DNA of 64,000 bases from Eubacteriales bacterium (lineage in GTDB: Bacteria > Bacillota > Clostridia > Oscillospirales > CAG-272), in the NCBI GenBank assembly GCA_034178705.1, contig JAXFQY010000004.1, positions 5,987 through 69,986 of the forward strand, given 5' to 3'. Positions 9,449 to 18,715 of this stretch are shown here, in pieces. The first letter of the stretch is position 1. Each line of letters opens with the position of its first letter. The position numbers and the translations under genes were made by a program. The notes beneath the pieces are model-generated. The model was not told the origin of the DNA, searched no databases, and saw nothing but the letters and a program-made list of their open reading frames with translations.

Positions 9449-10388
9449 TTCCTTCCTCCGCAGAAAGTTGATCAAGCTCGGCCAGCATCCGCATGGCGGT
9501 TTCCCGATCCGGAAGCGTTGCTCCGCTCGCCTTAGCATGTCCACCGCCGCCGTAACGCACGGCTATCGGATTGATGTTATACCGGGAGGAACGCAGCTCA
9601 CAGAGCACGCCTCCTTTGTCTTCGGTAAAATTGCACCAGATATCCGTTCCCCGGATATCTGCCATGGTATTGACCATTCCGCGCGACAGCGAAAAGGCAT
9701 CTGTGCCGAGCGCCTCGACCTCTTCCTCTGTTGTGTAAAGATAAGCGACGCGATGTTCCGTAAAACGAATCTTCAGAATGAAGGAAGCGCGCATTTTCAT
9801 CCGCTCGTAATCGTCGGAATACAGTGCTGTATAAATTCTTCCCCGATCGATTCCCCGCTCACACAGCATGGCAGCAAGTCGGAAGGTTCTTGCAGAAACG
9901 GAATCAAAGCGGAATCTTCCGGAATCGGTAACCATTCCGGTATAAAGTGCTTCCGCAGCTTCCTGCGGGATCTCAAGCGAACACGCCTCCGCAAATGCGG
10001 CTATCAGTCCGCAGCAGCTCTCAAAGCCGGAATCGACAACTTCGGTATGACAGATCTGTTCAAGAAACAGATGGTGGTCGATGCGCACGGTTTCCGCAGC
10101 CAGCGTATAGCGGGCATCGCTGATAAGCGCCGGAGAGGAGGTATCCAGAACGAAAGCAAGCGCCCCGCTGTACTCTTCATCCGATATCTCGTCCATCTCA
10201 GAGCCGGAAAGAAAAGAAAAGCGCGGCGCAGAATCCCCGACGGCAAAAATACGCTTTCCGGGGAAATTCGCGCGAAGAATATGCTTTAATCCAATCTGGC
10301 TTCCGATTGCGTCACCATCCGGATTGCGATGCCGATGGATCACGATCGTATCATAAAGCCCGATCGCTTTCCTCACGCCGTCAAACAT
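9441..10388 (-). CDS. DHH/DHHA1 phosphoesterase (NrnA-like), copy 2
   Basis: Motifs NPDGDAIGS, IDHHLF and GGGGHAKASGA. GGAGGAAG RBS before ATG 10388. 8-nt overlap with copy 1. Confidence 0.85.
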   Translation of the reverse strand: MFDGVRKAIGLYDTIVIHRHRNPDGDAIGSQIGLKHILRANFPGKRIFAVGDSAPRFSFLSGSEMDEISDEEYSGALAFVLDTSSPALISDARYTLAAETVRIDHHLFLEQICHTEVVDSGFESCCGLIAAFAEACSLEIPQEAAEALYTGMVTDSGRFRFDSVSARTFRLAAMLCERGIDRGRIYTALYSDDYERMKMRASFILKIRFTEHRVAYLYTTEEEVEALGTDAFSLSRGMVNTMADIRGTDIWCNFTEDKGGVLCELRSSRYNINPIAVRYGGGGHAKASGATLPDRETAMRMLAELDQLSAEEGNG

Positions 10389-10509
10389 ACTTCCTCCGCA
10401 TATTTTTTATTTGTTACTATTATAACATGAGTTAACACAGATATCTACATACAATATCAACGAAAATCGATTTAGTTTTATTGCAGATATTCCAAGAATC
10501 CATCATTTT

Positions 10510-11709
10510 TCAGTCGAAATAGCCCTGATACCGGATTTTTGTATCGCGCCAAGGGAAAAAATACCGATACAGATCCAGAAAATAGTCATCGGTCATACTG
10601 GCAATATAATCCGTTACAATCCTGTCCGGCTCCTCGTTTCCGTAGGAAGAACCGCGCAGAGCCTGAAACCGCTCGACATAGGCAATATGGTGAGTAAAAA
10701 TCGGGGATTCCTTTCTCCCCTGCACAAGATCGTCAAACAGCCTCTCATACAGCTCCGCCATCATCGGACGCACCGTTTCCGCAAGGCGCCCCTCCTCCGT
10801 CACGCGGTTGTAAATCACCGCGTAATTCTCCTGTCTCGACTGCATCATGGCATCAAGGTAGCTGCGATCCAGCCGGATATAGGGCTTGCCGTAGCTGTTT
10901 TCGATCAGATTGACCGCCAGATTATTGACGATTTCGGTATTGGAGGCGCCGATCACATTATTTTGGAAAGGATCCTCCCGGATAAAACCGGCGCGCAAAG
11001 CGTCCTCCCGATCTTTGCCGAGATAGGCAATAATGTCGGAAATGCGGACGACAATCGCTTCCAGCGTTGTCGGTGTGATACGGGTTACATAGGTCCGGTC
11101 TTTCTCGCAGCAGGAAAGCACACGGTCAAATTCAGCAAAATCCCCGATCGGTTCCGGAACATACTTTTCACGGTCAAGAAGAAAATTATGACTGCACAGT
11201 CCCGTCAGGGTCTGAAGGGTAATATTATAAGGATAGATACGGTCAAGCACACGCGCCGACTGCGCCGCATGGCAGAAGTGTCTGCCGGTACGGGCAAAGG
11301 AAATTTCATCAAGAAAGCGCTCTCCCGCATGGGCAAAGGGCGTGTGTCCCATATCATGTCCGAGCGCAATAGCCTCGATCAGATCCGTGTTGAGATTCAA
11401 AGCAGCACCGATGGTCCGAGCGATGCGGGATACAAGCTGCACATGCAGCATTCTGTGCGAGACATCGTCGTTCTTGACAAAAGAAAAGACCTGCGTTTTG
11501 TCGGAATACCTGTTATAGAAGGGGCAATGCATAATCATTTCGGTATCGCGTGCATAGGCAGATCGCCATCCGGTATCAACAATTCCCATGCTTCCGTAGC
11601 GATAAACCGCAGCGCTGTCCGGACATGCCGTCCGCGGATACGTTCCGGTGGCACGTTCGGTTTTCATTCTTGCTGTCAGCTCTGCCGACAGGGTATCCAG
11701 CTTCATCAT
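10510..11709 (-). CDS. HD-domain dGTPase-like deoxynucleoside triphosphate triphosphohydrolase
   Basis: HD motif region RMLHVQLVSR..ALGHDMGHTPFAHAGERFLD is typical of the dGTPase/dNTPase family. Start set at ATG 11709 (MMKLD) because a TGtTATAAT extended -10 lies at 11732-11740 inside the longer ORF. Confidence 0.8.
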   Translation of the reverse strand: MMKLDTLSAELTARMKTERATGTYPRTACPDSAAVYRYGSMGIVDTGWRSAYARDTEMIMHCPFYNRYSDKTQVFSFVKNDDVSHRMLHVQLVSRIARTIGAALNLNTDLIEAIALGHDMGHTPFAHAGERFLDEISFARTGRHFCHAAQSARVLDRIYPYNITLQTLTGLCSHNFLLDREKYVPEPIGDFAEFDRVLSCCEKDRTYVTRITPTTLEAIVVRISDIIAYLGKDREDALRAGFIREDPFQNNVIGASNTEIVNNLAVNLIENSYGKPYIRLDRSYLDAMMQSRQENYAVIYNRVTEEGRLAETVRPMMAELYERLFDDLVQGRKESPIFTHHIAYVERFQALRGSSYGNEEPDRIVTDYIASMTDDYFLDLYRYFFPWRDTKIRYQGYFD

Positions 11710-11830
11710 GACCTTCTGTCCTCCGGACAACATTATAACACCTTCCGGCACTTTGAAAAGGGGCTTTTTGTTTTTTCTCCATTATTGACAAATTTCGATG
11801 CACCCGATTAGGAAAAACCGCCGAAACCGA

Positions 11831-11859
11831 TTGACATAGTAAAATCCCGGTGCTATAAT
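11831..11859 (+). promoter_or_regulatory. Sigma-70/SigA-type promoter for the antiporter gene
   Basis: TTGACA (11831-11836), exactly 17 nt, then TATAAT (11854-11859) preceded by TGc (extended -10). The start codon is 31 nt downstream. Confidence 0.65.
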
Positions 11860-11889
11860 GATGCGTATTTTAGAAACAGAGGCGATTTT

Positions 11890-13215
11890 ATGTCAACTAC
11901 ACAGATTCTTCTCAGTGTCTCCGTTTGCCTGTTTGTAGGGCTGATGATGACACGCATTCTGAAGCGGCTTCATCTTCCGGACGTTACCGCCTATCTGATC
12001 GGGGGCGTCCTGATTGGCTCCTTCTGCCTCGGACGCTTTGTTATAGGCGGATACAGCTTCGGTTTTAACAGCGAAATTGCTCCGGTTGAGGCCTTCACCC
12101 TGATCAGTGATGTGGCGCTCGGCTTCATTGCATTCGATATCGGAAATGAGTTCCGGCTTCAGGATCTGAAGCATACCGGCAAAAAAGCAACCATCATCGG
12201 CATCGTGCAAGCGCTTACCGCAACCCTTCTTGTCGATGCGGTGCTGATCGGTACGCATTATCTCCTTCTCTCCGTTACCGGAACCGATTATCTCCCTCTC
12301 CCTGCTGCTATTCTTCTCGGTGCGATTGCAGCGGCAACGGCACCGGCTGCAACCCTTATGGTCGTGCGTCAATACAAAGCGGAAGGGCCTCTTACCAACC
12401 TGCTCCTGCCGATTGTTGCCCTTGATGATGCCGTCGGACTGATCGTTTTTGCTGTCTCCTTCGGTGTTTCCAAGGCGCTTTACGGCAGCTCGCTCAGTGT
12501 GATCTCCGTCGTTGTAGAGCCGCTGCTTGAAATTCTGTTTTCCCTTCTTGTCGGCGGCCTGTTCGGAGCGGCACTCTCCTACATCGAACGGATTTTTCAT
12601 TCCAGAAGCAACCGTTTGACTCTGATGATCTGCTTTGTCTTTCTCACGATTGTTGTCTCCAAGCTCAGTTTTACCATCGGCGCCGTTACCCTGCGCTTCT
12701 CTTCTCTTCTCACTTGCATGATGCTCGGCACCGTTTTTTGCAATCTCTGCAAAACCTCGGAGGAGATGATGGAGCGCGTGGAGCGCTGGACAAAGCCGCT
12801 TTTTCTGCTTTTCTTTGTTATCAGCGGCGCAAGCCTTGATCTCAGCGTCTTTACACAGCCGATTTTTGTGTTGATCGGCGTGATCTATATCCTTTCCCGC
12901 TCCCTCGGAAAATATTTCGGCTCCATGGGCAGTGCCAAAGCAACCGGCTGTGAAGAGAGCATTGTCAAATATCTCGGAATTACCCTGTTGCCGCAGGCTG
13001 GCGTCGCGCTCGGCATGGTAAGCACGGTCTCGGCCGATCCGGTTTTCGGTCCTTCCCACATCGGAAACACCGTGCGATTCATCGTTCTTTTCGCCGTCCT
13101 CGTTTATGAAATTGTAGGACCGGTCATGACCAAAGATGCCCTCACAAAAGCAGGAGATATCAAGGCAAAGCCGGAAGGCACAACCGCCCGCCGCGAAAAT
13201 CCCCGTGTTTCTTGA
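11890..13215 (+). CDS. Cation:proton antiporter (Na+/H+ exchanger family, CPA-type)
   Basis: 441-aa polytopic ORF. The N-terminus LLSVSVCLFVGLMMTRILKRLHLPDVTAYLIGGVLIG is characteristic of the Na_H_exchanger family. Confidence 0.85.
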   Translation: MSTTQILLSVSVCLFVGLMMTRILKRLHLPDVTAYLIGGVLIGSFCLGRFVIGGYSFGFNSEIAPVEAFTLISDVALGFIAFDIGNEFRLQDLKHTGKKATIIGIVQALTATLLVDAVLIGTHYLLLSVTGTDYLPLPAAILLGAIAAATAPAATLMVVRQYKAEGPLTNLLLPIVALDDAVGLIVFAVSFGVSKALYGSSLSVISVVVEPLLEILFSLLVGGLFGAALSYIERIFHSRSNRLTLMICFVFLTIVVSKLSFTIGAVTLRFSSLLTCMMLGTVFCNLCKTSEEMMERVERWTKPLFLLFFVISGASLDLSVFTQPIFVLIGVIYILSRSLGKYFGSMGSAKATGCEESIVKYLGITLLPQAGVALGMVSTVSADPVFGPSHIGNTVRFIVLFAVLVYEIVGPVMTKDALTKAGDIKAKPEGTTARRENPRVS

Positions 13216-13281
13216 AAATCTCCTGGGTATTGCCTTTCCGCAGGAATATTGGAAACACTCAGCGCTCAGAAAAAGCAACGG

Positions 13282-13314
13282 AGAACAGCGATCGTTCCGA
13301 CCGCTGTTCTTTTC
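13282..13314 (+). terminator. Intrinsic terminator after the antiporter gene
   Basis: AGAACAGCG / CGCTGTTCT stem with an 11-nt loop, followed by TTTT. Confidence 0.5.
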
Positions 13315-13382
13315 GCGTGCAAGGCCGCTCCAAGCGCCGCAAGGTGCACTGTTTTTTCTCTTAACGTTTTTGCTTTTCTCTC

Positions 13383-13411
13383 TTGACAAATTCTTACCCG
13401 TATGCTAAAAT
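13383..13411 (+). promoter_or_regulatory. Promoter driving the riboswitch/P-type ATPase transcript
   Basis: TTGACA (13383-13388), 17 nt, TAAAAT (13406-13411). Confidence 0.6.
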
Positions 13412-13414
13412 TTT

Positions 13415-13535
13415 GTCTGTAGGGGAGTAGTCAGCACCTTTCGGTGCGATAACGCCAACACACGGATCTTCGGATTCTGGCTTATCTTAAAAGACGAGAC
13501 TTACCGGGTCGGTAAGTTGCGTCTTTCTTTTTTTC
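13415..13535 (+). promoter_or_regulatory. yybP-ykoY (Mn2+) riboswitch with terminator expression platform
   Basis: Hallmark GGGGAGTAG at 13422-13430. Internal hairpins GCACC-TTTC-GGTGC and GGATC-TTCG-GATTC. 3' conserved-like AAAGAC at 13490-13495. Overlapping long terminator stem (13490-13526) followed by a T-run to 13535. Sits 90 nt upstream of a P-type ATPase, a known genomic context for this riboswitch class. Confidence 0.75.
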
Positions 13536-13624
13536 CGTTACGGCCCGACACCACGCCGGACAGCGGTTCCCGGTATAATCCATTCAGAATCCGCAAAAAT
13601 AATCAAAAAGGAGTGTCCCGATTC

Positions 13625-16294
13625 ATGACCCATTACCTTGAACCGAAGGAAAAGGTTCTGCAGGACCTCGGCACGGATGCCGGAGGTCTGAGCAGTGCAG
13701 AAGCCGCCAAGCGCGCAGAGCAATACGGCAGGAATAAGCTTGCTGAGGGAAAGAAGGAGTCTCTTCTCCACCGTTTTCTCTCTCAGCTTGCCGACCCGAT
13801 GATCATCATTCTTCTCGTTGCTGCCGTAATTTCTGCGGTGACCACTATCGTTTCCAACCAGGTAAACGGCGGAGGCGAGAGCTTTGCTGATGTCTTCATT
13901 ATTCTTTTCGTTGTTATTCTCAACGCTGTTCTCGGTGTCATTCAGGAAAGCAAGGCAGAGGCGGCAATTGAAGCCCTGAAGGATATGACGGCAGCTACCT
14001 CCAAGGTTCTGCGCGACGGGAAACAGATTACGGTCCGCAGCGAGGAGCTTGTTCCCGGCGATATCATCCTTCTGGAAGCGGGAGACTCCGTGCCCGCCGA
14101 CTGCCGTATTCTCGAATGTGCCTCTCTGAAAATCGAAGAGGCTGCCCTCACCGGTGAGTCGGTTCCCGTGGAAAAAACCGACGATGTTGTCTCCCATGAC
14201 GGGAAAGAAGTTCCCCTCGGAGACCGCAGAAACATGTGCTACATGGGCAGCACCGCCGTTTACGGACGCGGCACTGCCGTTGTCTGCGGAACCGGAATGA
14301 ATACCGAGATGGGAAAGATCGCCTCAGCGCTTACCGCAACCGAGGAGGAGCAAACCCCGCTGCAAAAAAAACTTGCGGGACTTTCCGTCGTTCTCACCTG
14401 GATCGTCCTCGCCATCTGTGTTGTGATTTTCGCCGTGGAAATTCTGGAAAGCTTCGTGCTTCAGGGAAGCTTCCCCGCGTTCAGCGAGCTGCTTGAATTC
14501 TTCATGGTCGCTGTCAGCCTTGCCGTTGCGGCCATCCCCGAAGGACTGGCTGCAGTCGTGACAATCGTCCTTTCGATCGGCGTCACAAAAATGTCCAAGC
14601 GCAACGCAGTCATCCGCAAGCTGACCGCCGTGGAAACGCTCGGCTGTGCGCAGGTTATCTGCTCGGACAAAACCGGCACTCTTACCCAAAATAAAATGAC
14701 CGTGGTTGACCGTTATACAAGCGACGAACGACTGCTTGTCACCGCAATGGCGCTCTGCTCCGATGCGGAATATGACAAAACAGAGGGCAAGGCCGTCGGA
14801 GAACCTACGGAATGCGCCCTCGTCAACGATGCTTTCACGCTCGGATATGACAAGAATGAATTGAAAACCGCCGAACCGCGTATCGGAGAGGTTCCCTTCG
14901 ACTCCGGCAGAAAACGCATGACCACTGTCCACTCTACAAACGGAAAGATTCTCCAGTATACCAAGGGAGCGCCCGATGAGCTTCTCAAATGCTGCAGCCG
15001 GATTCTGACAGCAGACGGAATTCTGCCGCTGGACGATACCAAGCGTGCGGAGATTGCCGAGCAAAACAAAGGAATGGCAGACAAGGCGCTTCGGGTTCTC
15101 GCTGCCGCCTACCGGGAGCTGGACGTAACCCCTGCGGAATATACGGCAGACGCCCTGGAAAAAGACCTGATCTTTGTCGGGCTTTGCGGCATGATCGATC
15201 CTGTCCGCCCTGAGGTTAAGGCAGCGATCGAGGAGTGCAAGGAAGCAAGCGTCCGTGTCATTATGATTACGGGCGACCATATTGACACCGCAGTTGCTAT
15301 CGCACGGGAACTCGGGATTCTTACTGACCGTTCCCAGGCAATCATGGGAATGGAGCTGAACTCACTCTCCGATGAAGAGCTTGACCGTGTAATCGATCGG
15401 TACAGCGTTTACGCACGGGTCCAGCCGGAGCACAAGGTCCGCATCGTTGAAGCCTGGAAACGCCGCGGCATGATCACCGCCATGACAGGAGACGGTGTCA
15501 ACGATGCCCCGAGCATCAAGGCTGCCGACATCGGAATCGGCATGGGAATCACCGGCACAGACGTCACGAAAAATGTCGCCGATATGATTCTTGCGGATGA
15601 CAATTTTGCCACCATTGTTTCCGCGGTCGAGGAAGGCAGAAAAATCTACGCCAACATCCGCCGCGCCATTCAGTTCCTGCTTTCCTCCAACCTCAGTGAG
15701 GTGATCAGTGTCTTTGTCGCAACACTTCTCGGCTTTGTGATTCTCAAGCCGGTTCATTTGCTGTGGATCAACCTCATCACCGACAGTCTCCCGGCGCTGG
15801 CCCTTGGTATGGAGCACGGAGAAGCCGGAATCATGCGGCAGAAACCGCGCAGCTCGAAAGAAGGGATCTTCTCCGGTGGAGTCGGTTTCGATGTCGTCTA
15901 TCAGGGATTGCTTGTATCCGTACTGACTCTCGCCGCCTATCTGATCGGTCACTATATGGAAGCAAATGAATGGGTCTTCACGCAAAGCCGCGACGGTATG
16001 ACCATGGCGTTTCTCACCATGTCGATGGCGGAGATTTTCCACGCCTTCAACATGCGTTCGCGCCGCGGGTCCATCTTCACACTGAAGAAGCAGAATGTCG
16101 TTCTGTGGGGTGCAGCCGCCCTGGCCTTCCTGCTTACCGCCGGTGTCATCTATATTCCGCCGCTTGCCAGAATGTTTGACTTTTCAACCATTAGCCTGGC
16201 AGAATATCTTGTTGCCATGGGACTTGCTCTATCCGTCATCCCGCTGGTTGAGCTTGTCAAGTTGCTCCAGAGGCTTTGCGCAAAAAAGAAATAA
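13625..16294 (+). CDS. P-type IIA cation ATPase (Ca2+/Mn2+-transporting, SERCA/YloB-like)
   Basis: Motifs DKTGTLTQNKM, TGDGVNDAPS, TM4 IPEGLAAV and TM6 NLITDSLPALALG. Start ATG 13625 with AAAGGAG RBS. The ORF-track start at 13517 lies inside the riboswitch terminator. Confidence 0.92.
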   Translation: MTHYLEPKEKVLQDLGTDAGGLSSAEAAKRAEQYGRNKLAEGKKESLLHRFLSQLADPMIIILLVAAVISAVTTIVSNQVNGGGESFADVFIILFVVILNAVLGVIQESKAEAAIEALKDMTAATSKVLRDGKQITVRSEELVPGDIILLEAGDSVPADCRILECASLKIEEAALTGESVPVEKTDDVVSHDGKEVPLGDRRNMCYMGSTAVYGRGTAVVCGTGMNTEMGKIASALTATEEEQTPLQKKLAGLSVVLTWIVLAICVVIFAVEILESFVLQGSFPAFSELLEFFMVAVSLAVAAIPEGLAAVVTIVLSIGVTKMSKRNAVIRKLTAVETLGCAQVICSDKTGTLTQNKMTVVDRYTSDERLLVTAMALCSDAEYDKTEGKAVGEPTECALVNDAFTLGYDKNELKTAEPRIGEVPFDSGRKRMTTVHSTNGKILQYTKGAPDELLKCCSRILTADGILPLDDTKRAEIAEQNKGMADKALRVLAAAYRELDVTPAEYTADALEKDLIFVGLCGMIDPVRPEVKAAIEECKEASVRVIMITGDHIDTAVAIARELGILTDRSQAIMGMELNSLSDEELDRVIDRYSVYARVQPEHKVRIVEAWKRRGMITAMTGDGVNDAPSIKAADIGIGMGITGTDVTKNVADMILADDNFATIVSAVEEGRKIYANIRRAIQFLLSSNLSEVISVFVATLLGFVILKPVHLLWINLITDSLPALALGMEHGEAGIMRQKPRSSKEGIFSGGVGFDVVYQGLLVSVLTLAAYLIGHYMEANEWVFTQSRDGMTMAFLTMSMAEIFHAFNMRSRRGSIFTLKKQNVVLWGAAALAFLLTAGVIYIPPLARMFDFSTISLAEYLVAMGLALSVIPLVELVKLLQRLCAKKK

Positions 16295-16302
16295 CACTTT
16301 CA

Positions 16303-16336
16303 GGGAAGGACGCCGATCGGCGTCCTTCCCTTTTCC
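16303..16336 (+). terminator. Intrinsic terminator after the P-type ATPase
   Basis: Perfect 12-bp stem GGGAAGGACGCC-GATC-GGCGTCCTTCCC followed by TTTT. Confidence 0.75.
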
Positions 16337-16464
16337 CCTTCCTATGAAGCCGGTTTGCAACCGGTCAATCCTTTTTCTATGACCGAATTTCGATAAAACG
16401 GTCGATTGATGCCGATTAACAGAGAAACAGGAAAAAAACCGGCCTTTTCATGGCAGATTGACTA

Positions 16465-16493
16465 TTGAAAAAAGGAAAAAAATACGGTATACT
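16465..16493 (+). promoter_or_regulatory. Candidate atp operon promoter
   Basis: TTGAAA (16465-16470), 17 nt, TATACT (16488-16493). atpI starts at 16536 with an AAAGGAGG RBS. Confidence 0.5.
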
Positions 16494-16535
16494 AAATAAT
16501 ATTACGGCTATGCTCCGCACAAAGGAGGAGACAAT

Positions 16536-16934
16536 ATGCGTAAGAAGGCAAAGATCGATCCTACCGTCCGAAAGGAAACCCTGTATATCGGGGTCGCCGT
16601 GCTGATACTCAGCGCGCTGATGGAAGCCGTGTTCCTGATCATAGGGAAATGGGATTATACCGTGCTTCTTGGTAATCTTCTCAGCGGCTGTGCGGCGGTT
16701 CTCAATTTTTTTCTGATGGGCATCACGGTACAAAATGTTGTCGGGCGGGAGGAAAAAGAGATTGTGTCCCGAGTCCGTCTTTCTCAGGTTCTGCGTTATC
16801 TCATGCTTTTTGCTGTTGCCATACTTGGGCTTCTTCTGCCCTGCTTTAACCTCTTCTCGGTTCTTATCCCCTTATTTTTTCCCCGCATTGCCGCATCTTT
16901 TCGTCCGCTCTTTCTGCGGCAGAAGGACAAATAA
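16536..16934 (+). CDS. atpI: ATP synthase protein I (AtpI-like small membrane protein)
   Basis: 132-aa ORF with 4 hydrophobic segments, immediately upstream of atpB. This is the typical position and size. Confidence 0.7.
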   Translation: MRKKAKIDPTVRKETLYIGVAVLILSALMEAVFLIIGKWDYTVLLGNLLSGCAAVLNFFLMGITVQNVVGREEKEIVSRVRLSQVLRYLMLFAVAILGLLLPCFNLFSVLIPLFFPRIAASFRPLFLRQKDK

Positions 16935-16967
16935 ATCCCGGTGCTTTACCCGAAAGGGGGTGAATTT

Positions 16968-17876
16968 TTGAAAAAAAACAAACGCGCTTTTCTTGCTGTT
17001 GATATTCTGTTGCTGATTTTGATCATTCTTCCCATCATCGCAGCCATAACACTCAAGGTGCTCTTTACCCCGGCTTCGGATGAAGTCCGGATTGAAGGTG
17101 CCATGATCTATTATACCCTGAAAATGCCCTTTCTCGGCGATTTTCCGATTACGGAATCTCAGATCAATTCCTGGCTTGTCATGCTCTCCGTTTTTTGGCT
17201 CTGTCTTTATCTGACTCACGGTCTGAGCGTAAAAGGAGGCACTCGCCGGCAGGTTCTTGCAGAATGGGCAGTCGAGCAGACGGAAAAAATGGTCGCAACC
17301 AATATGGGAAGTCATTTCGGCGGCTTTGCCCCGTTTATTGCCGCCGTTATGGTTCTGTCCGCCTTTTCCAGTCTTTTGTCTCTTTTCGGTCTTTATGCTC
17401 CGACGTCGGATATCAATATTGTCGCCGGCTGGGCACTGCTTGTCTTCATGCTGATTACCTATTATAAATGTAAGTGCGGTCCCCTCCAGTATCTGAAGAG
17501 TTTTGCGGAACCGGTTCCCCTTCTTGCGCCGCTGAATATCATCAGTGAGGTTGCGACCCCGATTTCCATGGCATTCCGTCATTACGGAAACGTGCTTTCG
17601 GGCGCGGTCATTTCCGTCCTGCTTGGTTATGCGCTGACCTCACTGTCCAAAATGCTTCTCGGCTGGCTTCCCGGTGTCCTCGGAGAGATTCCCTTGCTTC
17701 GCATCGGACTTCCTGCTGTGCTCTCCCTTTATTTTGACATTTTCAGCGGTCTTCTTCAGGCCTTCATCTTCGCTATGCTGACCATGCTCTATGTTTCCGG
17801 CGGCTTCCCCGTCGATCTGTACGAACAGAGACAAGCAAAAAAGAATGCTAAAAAACAGGCAAAAAATCAAGCATAA
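16968..17876 (+). CDS. atpB: F0F1 ATP synthase subunit a
   Basis: C-terminal region NIISEVATPISMAFRHYGNVLSGAVI contains the essential Arg of the conserved a-subunit helix. TTG 16968 follows an AAGGGGG RBS. The ORF-track alternative is 16941. Confidence 0.9.
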   Translation: MKKNKRAFLAVDILLLILIILPIIAAITLKVLFTPASDEVRIEGAMIYYTLKMPFLGDFPITESQINSWLVMLSVFWLCLYLTHGLSVKGGTRRQVLAEWAVEQTEKMVATNMGSHFGGFAPFIAAVMVLSAFSSLLSLFGLYAPTSDINIVAGWALLVFMLITYYKCKCGPLQYLKSFAEPVPLLAPLNIISEVATPISMAFRHYGNVLSGAVISVLLGYALTSLSKMLLGWLPGVLGEIPLLRIGLPAVLSLYFDIFSGLLQAFIFAMLTMLYVSGGFPVDLYEQRQAKKNAKKQAKNQA

Positions 17877-18188
<312 letters not shown>

Positions 18189-18199
18189 GGAGGCGTACC

Positions 18200-18715
18200 G
18201 TGCAAAACCTGGATGTCATTTCTGTCAACCTTTGGCAGATCCTGGTTTCTCTGTGCAATCTCCTGATTATCTTTCTGATTCTGAAACGATTTCTCTACCA
18301 GCCGGTTAAGCGTATTCTCACCACGCGTCAGGCAGAGCTTGACGGGCAGTATGCCGCGGCCAGGGAAGCGCAGGATCGGGCGGAAGCCGATCGCCGTGCC
18401 TGGGATGAAAAAATGCAGACCGCCGAAACGGAGGCTGCTCAGATTCTAAAAAAGGCAACTGAGCGTGCAGACCGCCGCGGCGAACAGATTCTTTCCGACG
18501 CACGCGGACGGGCAGACTCCATTATCCGCGAGGCGGAAATGCAGGCGGCATTGGAGCAGCGCAAAGCGCAGTCCGAAATCAAGCAGGAGATCGTGGATAT
18601 CTCCGCTCTTCTGACCGAAAAGATGCTTCGCCGGGAAATCAATACAGAGGATCACCGTACGATGATCGATTCCGTCCTGTCGGAAATAGGTGAAAAGCAT
18701 GACGGAAATCAGTAA
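18200..18715 (+). CDS. atpF: F0F1 ATP synthase subunit b
   Basis: GTG 18200 after an AAGGAGG RBS. One N-terminal TM helix, then a long charged coiled-coil (AELDGQYAAAREAQDRAEADRRAW...). Confidence 0.85.
   Translation: MQNLDVISVNLWQILVSLCNLLIIFLILKRFLYQPVKRILTTRQAELDGQYAAAREAQDRAEADRRAWDEKMQTAETEAAQILKKATERADRRGEQILSDARGRADSIIREAEMQAALEQRKAQSEIKQEIVDISALLTEKMLRREINTEDHRTMIDSVLSEIGEKHDGNQ

Noticed and set aside
10510-11709. dGTPase-like HD gene (plus nuclease/DHH genes) as an anti-phage dNTP-depletion defence island
   Set aside because: There are no neighbouring defence, mobile or hypervariable genes. The gene sits in a housekeeping-looking nucleotide-turnover array with surE and nrnA. Defence dGTPases cannot be told from housekeeping ones by eye, so the defence reading is unsupported here.
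11893-13389. 498-aa minus-strand ORF
   Set aside because: It is antisense to the antiporter gene, which has a consensus promoter, an RBS and 12-TM-type hydrophobicity. The product is highly charged and low-complexity.
13517-13624. N-terminal extensions proposed by the ORF track (also 33311-33505, 41702-41908, 9449-9544, 55015-55080, 21466-21540)
   Set aside because: The extensions run through a riboswitch terminator, a promoter or the preceding gene. Each has an internal start with a good RBS that coincides with the conserved N-terminus or signal peptide.
16416-16733. 105-aa minus-strand ORF over the atp promoter and atpI
   Set aside because: It overlaps the atp promoter and is antisense to atpI. 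No RBS.
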